In this document: positions 49,644 to 57,660 of the stretch, one piece after another
Layout: each line of letters begins with the position of its first letter
Numbering within the stretch: the first letter of the stretch is position 1
DNA from: Candidatus Abzuiibacterium crystallinum
GTDB taxonomy: Bacteria; Omnitrophota; Omnitrophia; Omnitrophales; Abzuiibacteriaceae
Direction of reading: 5' to 3'
Length of the DNA: 64,000 bases
Assembly: GCA_002787155.1 (NCBI GenBank)
Contig: PCVY01000028.1
Span: forward strand, 9,478 to 73,477
The notes under the pieces: model-generated
Told to the model about the DNA's origin: nothing
What the model saw: the letters and a program-made list of their open reading frames with translations, nothing else
The model's database searches: none
Made by a program: the position numbers and the translations under genes

Positions 49644-50684
49644 TTAACGCACCCCTTTTACAACCGCCTCAATTACTTCACGAATAACACGCTTACTAAA
49701 CCGTTCTTCAAATCTATCTTTCATCGCTTTACTAAGTTCCAGCACCTCTTCACGTTTCAAAGAACATAAGTGCTTAATTTTAGCCACAATCGCTTCCGCA
49801 CTATTTTCCTGGAAGATCAAATGCTCATCGCCAATGACTTCCGGAATAGCGCCCGAATTCGAACCAATGACAATCACACCCCTGTCCATCGCCTCAACAA
49901 TCACACGCCCAAATTGTTCTTTCCACCACCCGACCGAAAGAGACGGCACAACAAGCACATCAATATCGTTAAACACTTTATCCAGCGCTTCCGATGAATA
50001 ATCAAACGGACCTTTATAATTAAATTGGGTTTGCTTGATTTCCGGCACCAGATAGCCGTTCCCATAAATATTAAACTCTAATTCCGGAAAATGTTTCATC
50101 GCCTCACACAGAACATCAATCCCTTTTTCATGGATAAGCCGGCCGACAAAACCAATCCGTTTCACTGACTCTTTATAGTTAACTTCAACTTGGGTATTAG
50201 AAACGGGTAACGGACAAACAAACGCCTTTTTCACGCCCATCTGTTCAGCGCGGGTTACCGCTTCCCGATTAGCGCATAGCGCAGAATCAATGCAGCGGGC
50301 AAAGAAACGTCCCAATAAAGTCTGGAGAAACGAGAATTTTAAATTCTCCGCACAAAATATGACGACCTTTGAGCGGCAAAACAACTTGGCAAATAAAGCG
50401 TGCAGCATGGTGGTGCTAAATATTTCATCATGTATCAATAAGACATTCCTTGTTTGATCCCGGCGGACAGCAGCATAAGGCCACATTGGATATAAAAATC
50501 CCCTTAAAGCCACCCAGCGCAGGGTGATGCATTTGACCGGTAAATGCGTTATATCTTTTTTTTTGGGTGGGCACGGATAATTAGAAATAAAATAGACTTG
50601 GCCGGCCAGATGTGTAGGAATAACATCAAGCATCGCATATTGCTCTGCTGCTAATTCACGAGGGTTGCATAGCAGAAACATCAT
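49644..50684 (-). CDS. GT4 glycosyltransferase
   Basis: GFVGRLIHEKG and EQFGRVIVEAM motifs. Confidence 0.88.
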   Translation of the reverse strand: MMFLLCNPRELAAEQYAMLDVIPTHLAGQVYFISNYPCPPKKKDITHLPVKCITLRWVALRGFLYPMWPYAAVRRDQTRNVLLIHDEIFSTTMLHALFAKLFCRSKVVIFCAENLKFSFLQTLLGRFFARCIDSALCANREAVTRAEQMGVKKAFVCPLPVSNTQVEVNYKESVKRIGFVGRLIHEKGIDVLCEAMKHFPELEFNIYGNGYLVPEIKQTQFNYKGPFDYSSEALDKVFNDIDVLVVPSLSVGWWKEQFGRVIVEAMDRGVIVIGSNSGAIPEVIGDEHLIFQENSAEAIVAKIKHLCSLKREEVLELSKAMKDRFEERFSKRVIREVIEAVVKGVR

Positions 50685-50688
50685 CGGC

Positions 50689-53190
50689 TTACTCTTGATT
50701 TTCCATTTGAAAATATCGATCCCAATTAATGTGATAGGCTACCAACTTATTGGGAGGTAAATCAGTCTGCTGTTCCGTTAAAGGTGTAAAAAACTTGAGA
50801 TCAACAGCTTTTAAATAATACAAACGATACAGAACCGACCTCAATAAATCGGGAAACCCGACAACAGCCGTATAGGTATCCGGATACTCGAGAAGTAAAA
50901 CCGAAGTTGAATAAAGACCCATCCCCTTCATTCGCTTCTCAATCAAATGATCCTCTTCAACGTACATTAAACTGAATGGTCTTAAAGTCAAATTTTCTTT
51001 TTCATTATACAACAAGGCATCTTTCAGAACTAAATTAACAGCTAGGTTCTCTTCAAAGAATAATTCGTCTCCCGTTGATCGAAGAAGTTTTCTTTCGGGT
51101 CCATATTGCCAGTTATCCGTGACTAACTGAAGATGTTGCTTTAAAAAACGCCTGTCACCTATTTTTTTGTTTTGTCTGATCAATTCAGCTGCTCGATCAA
51201 AATCCCAATTAACCAGGTAAGATAGCCCGATGTTGCGAAAGATAAGGTCATCATAAATGAAAACGCAGCCGGGCGGCACCGGTTGCTCCGGGTGGGTTAA
51301 TCGTATTAATTCCTCGTACTGCGTTTTGGTAAGTTCTGGCGGCCCTTCGGCTGGCAGTTTTGATTTTGGAACACTAAGAACATTTAAAATTAACTGATTG
51401 ATCCTAGCAGCCCTCAACCCTAAATTCTCCAAGAAAACCTCGGCTTTATTTCCGGTGGTGGAGAGCATGCGCCAAATACTTAACGCAAGGAACTCATTCG
51501 CGGTCATGAAGGCCTGTGCCATCCAATAATTTTGATGACTGTATTGGCTGCCGCCATCTAACATGGTGCTTCTTTCGGCAATCGCATTGATAAAGTAACC
51601 GGGGTCAAACCACGAGTAAACAATGGTGTCTTTCGGCGTTTCTTTTTTAATATCGGTCAAAACTTGATTCCAAGTATCATTCATCACCTGTTCGTTGTTA
51701 AATACAACCACAGAAATATACTGAGCATACGCCACTGGAGGCATAACACAGCAAGCCAACAAAGCAAAAACAGCGGCAGGTAATTTCCAATCCCGTTTTG
51801 CCCCCCATTGATGTTTGATCATTTCAAGCGCATGATGTACAAAAAACGAAAAGAAAAGCGCAAAGGGCAGCACCAATAACACACTAAAACGAACTGCCTG
51901 CAAACTCAGGATTGCCGACGGTAGAAAAAAAGCCGTAAAAAAAAGAAATTCTGAAAAACGGAACTGGCTGCGTTGACACCAGGTGGTATAGGCCATGATG
52001 ACAAACCCCAAAACCACCCATACAAAACTCAGATCATTTCCTACCAGGTAAATCACTTTTCTCACAGATGCCGGATCCAATTCCGCGATGAACATAAGGG
52101 TGTTGGGCCAAATATCAAGCGATGAGCCGCTTGCTCTCACCCGCTCAAAAAGGAAGAATTTTTCTTGAAGCGACAATAAAAATGGATGACTGGGCAACAA
52201 GATAAAACTAAAGCACACCGCCGAAATGAAATAGCCGCTCAGCCACTGTAAATACTTTTGATTTCTTTGCTGATTGAAAAAAATTTCATAAAGCCCGGCA
52301 ATCAAGACGCTGACTGATATCACTAAAAATAAATAATGCCAAGCTTCCCAAAAAAATGCATAAATAACTGTCACAAATCCCGCCAGAAGAGAGCTGGCCA
52401 TAATAAACCGACGCCGGCGCAGCGGGTAAAACAATAACAATAAGACAATGAGAGGAAAAATAAGTTGATAAGGATCGTTATCATAACTGCCCAACGCGCT
52501 CCGCTGAAGATAAATAGGCGATAACGATAAGAATGCAGCGCCTGCAAAGGCAGCTAAAAAATTAAGCTCTAAGACAGCAGCGAAAAGAAAAAAAAGTAAA
52601 ATGGACAATACTGCAAGAAATATCGGATACCAAGCAAGGAGATCTACCAAAGCTGCTTTTTTAAAAAATAGTTTAAAGAAATTGGCCCAGGCAGCTCCCA
52701 GATATGGATGCAGGGTAATATTTTCCCACGAACCATCTGGGGCTTTCCTAAGGGGATTGAAAAACTTATTCTGACGAAATTTCTCACCGATGTGGCCCGT
52801 CCGCATAATATTCTCTGTTAATTGGTAATATAAATAAGCATCTGCACCTAATAAATAGAAATGGTTCTGTCGAACGCCCCCATTCTCTCTCAGTAGTTTT
52901 TTCTCGGTCTCAGCGGTTAAATTTAGAAATTGCAGCTTATCTTCGGCCATTGCCAACTTCATCCGCTCATCTGTCAATCGATTAAGCTGGGTTGTATTGA
53001 GGTGAGAATTTTCCGACTTTAACAACTGACGAACATGTTTTTCAGCCATTCCATAAGCAATCGATTCGGCTTTTTGGTGAATCTCTTGTGCGGTTAAACG
53101 GTTCGCATTTATCCGGTAACGAATGCGGTGATAGATGCCGAAAGCAATGACCAGCATAATCAAAATCAAATAAAACATGGGACGCTTCAT
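50689..53190 (-). CDS. STT3/AglB/PglB-family oligosaccharyltransferase (copy 2, WFDPG)
   Basis: LLGADAY, GSYDND, IAE and SWFDPGY...DGGSQ motifs, many TMs. Start at ATG 53190 (ATGA overlap). Confidence 0.82.
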   Translation of the reverse strand: MKRPMFYLILIMLVIAFGIYHRIRYRINANRLTAQEIHQKAESIAYGMAEKHVRQLLKSENSHLNTTQLNRLTDERMKLAMAEDKLQFLNLTAETEKKLLRENGGVRQNHFYLLGADAYLYYQLTENIMRTGHIGEKFRQNKFFNPLRKAPDGSWENITLHPYLGAAWANFFKLFFKKAALVDLLAWYPIFLAVLSILLFFLFAAVLELNFLAAFAGAAFLSLSPIYLQRSALGSYDNDPYQLIFPLIVLLLLFYPLRRRRFIMASSLLAGFVTVIYAFFWEAWHYLFLVISVSVLIAGLYEIFFNQQRNQKYLQWLSGYFISAVCFSFILLPSHPFLLSLQEKFFLFERVRASGSSLDIWPNTLMFIAELDPASVRKVIYLVGNDLSFVWVVLGFVIMAYTTWCQRSQFRFSEFLFFTAFFLPSAILSLQAVRFSVLLVLPFALFFSFFVHHALEMIKHQWGAKRDWKLPAAVFALLACCVMPPVAYAQYISVVVFNNEQVMNDTWNQVLTDIKKETPKDTIVYSWFDPGYFINAIAERSTMLDGGSQYSHQNYWMAQAFMTANEFLALSIWRMLSTTGNKAEVFLENLGLRAARINQLILNVLSVPKSKLPAEGPPELTKTQYEELIRLTHPEQPVPPGCVFIYDDLIFRNIGLSYLVNWDFDRAAELIRQNKKIGDRRFLKQHLQLVTDNWQYGPERKLLRSTGDELFFEENLAVNLVLKDALLYNEKENLTLRPFSLMYVEEDHLIEKRMKGMGLYSTSVLLLEYPDTYTAVVGFPDLLRSVLYRLYYLKAVDLKFFTPLTEQQTDLPPNKLVAYHINWDRYFQMENQE

Positions 53191-54335
53191 TTTAAACAAT
53201 CCTTTTTTGCAACTTGTTCGCAGCATTTCAAAACTTCTTTAGCGGCTAGCTTCCATGTAAACAATTCGGCACGTCTTCGCGCCTGATCAATCATGGCATG
53301 GCGTTCGGCCGGCTCCATTTCAAGCAAAACTTGCAAATGATGCGCTAAATCCTGGTCATTATTTTCTTGGAAGTAACCAACACAATCTCCGCCGACTTCG
53401 GGGATAGAAGCACAGCGAGTCGTTAAAACCGGAACACCCGCTGACATCGCTTCTAAAATCGGAAGTCCAAAACCTTCGTAACGTGAGGGTAAAACAAATA
53501 CATCCGCACGGCGGTACAGCGGGAGTAAGTCCTGCTGAGAAAGAAATGGTACTCGACGGTAACGATTATTTGGAATTTCTTCACATGCACGTTTTAGCAT
53601 GGGCTCACCCAGGCGGGGTTGGCCAACCAGAATCAATTGATGAGAAATCTGAGACAATAACCGTTTGAAAGCACTTACCAAACATGGTAAGTCCTTGTGC
53701 GGATAGGAGTTAGCAACACACAATATATAAGGTTTTTGGCTTTGTAAAACAGACTGCACTGTTGGATGGATTTTTTTTTGGTGCTCTGATTGAAATAACG
53801 GCGAAACACCGCATGAACTAACAGCCACTTTGGTCGGCGGAACGTCTAAAAATTGCACAATTTCACGTTTCGAAAACTCGGAAAGTGTGATAATTATTTC
53901 GCATTGACGGCTCGCGCTAATGACTAGAAAATGAGTGACTAGTCGTGATAGAAAGTTTAAATCTTCCGGAAATCGTTTGTATTGCATGTCAAGGATGGTG
54001 ACAATTTGAGGGCAATGCGCATACAGCGGAGCCGTATAACCCGGCGACCACAAAATATCTACTTTGGCTTGGTAGGCGCGTATCGGTAGTTCCGTTTGCT
54101 CACGAATGATCCTGACATAGCGGTTAGTGGCATGAAATGAAAGCTTTGAAAAGGTGACGTTTGGGTATTTTCCGAATTGGTTTTGCAGCGAGTCATGGTT
54201 GTCCTGATGTGTAAAAAGACAAAACTCAACACTGGGCTGCATGGCAACCATCGCCTGCAGCGTTTCGCGTAAAATAGTTTCTGATCCACCAACTTCATTT
54301 GGAATAAGAAACAGCGCATTCACGCCGATTCGCAT
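53187..54335 (-). CDS. GT4 glycosyltransferase (MtfB-like)
   Basis: PHKD and PSRYEGFGLPILEAM motifs. Confidence 0.92.
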   Translation of the reverse strand: MRIGVNALFLIPNEVGGSETILRETLQAMVAMQPSVEFCLFTHQDNHDSLQNQFGKYPNVTFSKLSFHATNRYVRIIREQTELPIRAYQAKVDILWSPGYTAPLYAHCPQIVTILDMQYKRFPEDLNFLSRLVTHFLVISASRQCEIIITLSEFSKREIVQFLDVPPTKVAVSSCGVSPLFQSEHQKKIHPTVQSVLQSQKPYILCVANSYPHKDLPCLVSAFKRLLSQISHQLILVGQPRLGEPMLKRACEEIPNNRYRRVPFLSQQDLLPLYRRADVFVLPSRYEGFGLPILEAMSAGVPVLTTRCASIPEVGGDCVGYFQENNDQDLAHHLQVLLEMEPAERHAMIDQARRRAELFTWKLAAKEVLKCCEQVAKKDCLK

Positions 54336-54377
54336 GAACTATTATCCCCTTCTGCGCGGCAATCAAACAATTGGTAG

Positions 54378-54863
54378 CTAGGACAAATAACCTAACAGTG
54401 CTCTGCGTTTTTTGTTTTGCTCATACACGTCTTCGCCTAAAACTTGTTTTGCCAACTCTTCTTTGTTTTGGCCGTTGTAAAAGTCGTAATCCATTACCGC
54501 CAAGACTTTCAACACAATTGGTAACGGCAACTCTAACATCGTCGGATCCGCTGCAAGCTGTTCGTTAATTTTGGTTGCATAATAACTTGCGGGAAGCAAA
54601 ATAGCCGCGTTGTCCCTGATTTTAAATAACTCAATCATGGCTCGGACAACTTCCGCTTGGTCCGTTTCACTCAACCGATCCCAAGATTTTGCAGACTTTG
54701 TCAGTTGGCCTGCCTGTTGCCGTAGGTTCGTAGGCACCTGCAATGCCTGCATAAGCTCAAGCAAATCTACTTGCTCCTCGGCCCATAATACAGGCATTGC
54801 TGCAGTCGCCCAAAAACCAACTGTTAACAGAAAGATCAACCGGCGCTTCATCGGATCAAGCAT
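54378..54863 (-). CDS. Hypothetical secreted helical protein
   Basis: Signal peptide MKRRLIFLLTVGFWATAAMPVLWA; start probably 54863 or 54851. Confidence 0.6.
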   Translation of the reverse strand: MLDPMKRRLIFLLTVGFWATAAMPVLWAEEQVDLLELMQALQVPTNLRQQAGQLTKSAKSWDRLSETDQAEVVRAMIELFKIRDNAAILLPASYYATKINEQLAADPTMLELPLPIVLKVLAVMDYDFYNGQNKEELAKQVLGEDVYEQNKKRRALLGYLS

Positions 54864-54870
54864 TCGGTCA

Positions 54871-55092
54871 TTACTTTCTCTTGCCGGCTGCTTTAAGTCT
54901 TGCAAGCCGCATCTTTTGTTTTGCGGCAGCGGAATGATGTCTTCCGTACATCGGATTTTTCTTGCCTTTTACCGCCCGACTAATTTTTTGTTTAGAACTA
55001 CTCGAATGCTTTCTTCCATAAAAAGGGTTGCCTTTTCCAGAAGCTAGTTTACTCATTAATCTTTTAGTTTTAGCTGAATGTTTTTGTCCCAT
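54871..55092 (-). CDS. Small basic protein made of NUMOD3-type DNA-binding repeats
   Basis: HSAKTKRLMS, GKGNPFYGRKHSSSSKQKIS and GKKNPMYGRHHSAAAKQKMR repeats; AGGAG RBS upstream of the ATG. Confidence 0.75.
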   Translation of the reverse strand: MGQKHSAKTKRLMSKLASGKGNPFYGRKHSSSSKQKISRAVKGKKNPMYGRHHSAAAKQKMRLARLKAAGKRK

Positions 55093-55123
55093 TTTCTTCT
55101 CCTGTTCTGAGGTTATTATTCGT

Positions 55124-56290
55124 TTACCTATACTTCTTAAAAATTTCCAATGCTTTTCTAGTTTGCTGATCTTCTCCTTCTACACCTTCAACCAGATACG
55201 GCACTTCCTCATCCGGAACAATCCCGACCTTATCAATGACCCTCCCGTTTGGTGATATATATCTTGCCGTTGTTAATTTCATGGCAGTTTTATCATCTAA
55301 CGGAACAACAGACTGAACAGACGCTTTTCCGTACGTTTTCATCCCCACAACTATTCCGCGTTTGTGGTCTTGTATAGCAGCTGAGAAAATTTCGGAAGCG
55401 CTGGCAGAATGTTCGTTAACCAACACGATTAAATCGCAATCCGTTAGATGTTTACTTCCATCTGAGAAATGCTCTTTCTTTTGAACATCAATGCGGCTTT
55501 CAACCGAAACTATTTTCTTGTCACCCGGTAAAAAACGGCTTGCCAAATCAATGGCGGCTGTCATTAAACCGCCTTGATTGTTTCTCAGATCAATAATCAA
55601 CGCCTTCATACCCTCCTTTGTCAATTTCTTGATTGCTTTATCAATTTGATCGGCTGTGTGTTCTTGGAAATTATCAATTCTAAGATAGCCGAGATGTCGT
55701 CCAGCCATCCGGACATCGTTAATAGCACTAATCTCCACCAATTCGCGGATAACCTTAATATCAATGGGCTCTGGTACCGTCGGCCTCTGAACCCTTACCA
55801 TCACCTCGGTGCCAGCTTCCCCGCGCAACAATTCGGCTACTTCAGCCATCCCTAAACCAATCACATCTTTACTGTCTACCTTGAGAATCATATCCTTTAC
55901 TTCCAATCCTGCTTTCTGAGCAGCGCTGGCAGGCTTAATTTCTTTGATAAAGATTTGGTTATCAACCATCTCTAATACGGCTCCCAAGCCTGAGTACTCT
56001 CCTTTCATATCAATCTGCAGCAGCTTGTAATGTTCCTCATCAATAAAAACGGTATAAGGGTCCATACCCTCCAACATCCCTTTCACTGCATGATAGAGCA
56101 GTTGGCGTGCATCTTTTTTCTCAACATAGCCTTCCAAAACGGCGCCAATGGCACGTGAGAAAAGTTTTAATTCCTCCAGAACATCGTAACTTTCGCTTTG
56201 CACAGCGGCAGCAGACGAATGTCTGCTGTTAATAGCGGACATCAATAAAATTAAAGAACCTATTAAAAAAAATCCAACCTTTTTCTTCAT
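55124..56290 (-). CDS. ctpA: S41 C-terminal processing peptidase with PDZ domain
   Basis: DPYT, GLG, IIDLRNNQGG, SASASEI and TYGKASVQ motifs. Confidence 0.92.
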   Translation of the reverse strand: MKKKVGFFLIGSLILLMSAINSRHSSAAAVQSESYDVLEELKLFSRAIGAVLEGYVEKKDARQLLYHAVKGMLEGMDPYTVFIDEEHYKLLQIDMKGEYSGLGAVLEMVDNQIFIKEIKPASAAQKAGLEVKDMILKVDSKDVIGLGMAEVAELLRGEAGTEVMVRVQRPTVPEPIDIKVIRELVEISAINDVRMAGRHLGYLRIDNFQEHTADQIDKAIKKLTKEGMKALIIDLRNNQGGLMTAAIDLASRFLPGDKKIVSVESRIDVQKKEHFSDGSKHLTDCDLIVLVNEHSASASEIFSAAIQDHKRGIVVGMKTYGKASVQSVVPLDDKTAMKLTTARYISPNGRVIDKVGIVPDEEVPYLVEGVEGEDQQTRKALEIFKKYR

Positions 56291-56303
56291 CTTACACTCG
56301 CTT

Positions 56304-57308
56304 TCAGTTTGCGCTTAAAAATTTCTCGTGCCAATACAAAATATCTCCGGTACGGGTTGTGACGCAATTAATTAATAGTGCTTCTGAACGATTTCTGAGT
56401 CGAGCTAAGCTTTGAACCGTGTAAGCACTAGACTGCAATGTAAGAAGACCCGACTGAACATAATCATGCAAACTTTGAGCTTCACTATCATCTAGGGGAA
56501 AGGCGTTTTGAAGCGTTTCGGCGACAGAACTTAAACTAATAAAATAATGGTCATCAGGCGTGCGTTCGACGCCATCCTCGCCGGCACGAAAACGTAATAT
56601 TTTCTTAACCAAACTTTCCGACATCCCAATTGAAACTAAGATAATTGGTGAGGCGGTATTTAAATTAAGCAGACCTGAGCCATACAAGGTCAGATAGGGT
56701 GATAAACGCTCGTAAATAGCGGGCGTCATCCCGCGAATGAAGTTCATTTCTTCAAGGATATCCAAAGGTTCATTTTTAGGCTGATAAGGCGGTTTCAGTC
56801 TCATATAATATTTTTTCTCCGCCCCCGCTTCATACGCGTGATCATCCTCGTCCATCCAGTCAAGTAAGGCGTAAGCAATGTGAGCAGCCTCTTCTTTTGA
56901 CAAACCACCTGCCAACTGAAATAAATTGCTTAAGATGCGTGCGGACGTGATTAATCTTAAACTGATTTTACTTTCCTCATCGATCATGCCGCTATAAACT
57001 GTATTCCCGATTTGATAGCCGACAGTAAAATAGCCATCCCCAACTGGAATTTCGTGAAACGCACTTTCATTAACACTCCAACCATCATTTAAGACATCGG
57101 GTAACTGCGATTGAACATCTTTCATTGCCAACACTTGAATAGCCTTTTGAACACCTGCTTCTGCTATATAACGCAATTTTGACTTGGTTTCGAAGGTTTG
57201 TGCCATTTTTAGCTTCCCCTGGACTATACGGCCAACCACGGACGTAAAAAGAGCTAACAAGAGTAAAACCCAAATGGCTAGAATCAACAAACTCCCTCTT
57301 TTATCCAT
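56304..57308 (-). CDS. gspK: Type II secretion minor pseudopilin GspK-like
   Basis: Prepilin-type KRGSLLILAIW, AEAGV, IDEESKI, LLDWMDED and LNLNTA motifs. Confidence 0.85.
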   Translation of the reverse strand: MDKRGSLLILAIWVLLLLALFTSVVGRIVQGKLKMAQTFETKSKLRYIAEAGVQKAIQVLAMKDVQSQLPDVLNDGWSVNESAFHEIPVGDGYFTVGYQIGNTVYSGMIDEESKISLRLITSARILSNLFQLAGGLSKEEAAHIAYALLDWMDEDDHAYEAGAEKKYYMRLKPPYQPKNEPLDILEEMNFIRGMTPAIYERLSPYLTLYGSGLLNLNTASPIILVSIGMSESLVKKILRFRAGEDGVERTPDDHYFISLSSVAETLQNAFPLDDSEAQSLHDYVQSGLLTLQSSAYTVQSLARLRNRSEALLINCVTTRTGDILYWHEKFLSAN

Positions 57309-57315
57309 AAAACTT

Positions 57316-57660
57316 TTATTTGTCCAATAACTTGAGTTGACGACTCACGTCTGTCAGCTTGTCTGACATATCATTGATCTTAACCTCCAACGCATTCATC
57401 TTTTCCGTCAGCTGTTCAATGCTGGCGTGCACTTTGTCAAAATGCCGTTTCATATATATATCGACACCTTCGGGCTCATATTTGCCTCCTATTCTGATAA
57501 CCTCACGGTCCTCAGCCATGTTATAGACAATCCCGTATTTTTTAATGCCTTCCGAAGTTTCATCCGATTTTCTCTCCTCCGCAAAAACAGACATGCACAC
57601 GACGCCTGACAACACGCTCATCATGGCTAAGCCCACTATGAGGTTAGGTAGTTTTTTCAT
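57316..57660 (-). CDS. Hypothetical secreted protein with C-terminal coiled coil
   Basis: Signal peptide ending VFA, heptad-like C-terminus, AGGAG RBS. Confidence 0.65.
   Translation of the reverse strand: MKKLPNLIVGLAMMSVLSGVVCMSVFAEERKSDETSEGIKKYGIVYNMAEDREVIRIGGKYEPEGVDIYMKRHFDKVHASIEQLTEKMNALEVKINDMSDKLTDVSRQLKLLDK

Noticed and set aside
50556-50564. Poly-T/A tracts (also near 53770 and 58382) as phase-variation switches
   Set aside because: The A/T runs are short and lie within intact frames of an AT-leaning sequence; no long poly-G/C tracts or frameshifts were seen.
54610-55047. 145-aa plus-strand ORF and the many other short antisense ORFs in the track
   Set aside because: They are shadows of well-supported genes on the opposite strand and carry no motifs.
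54871-55092. Group I intron or homing endonuclease insertion
   Set aside because: No nuclease domain, the flanking genes are uninterrupted, and there is no space for an intron core.
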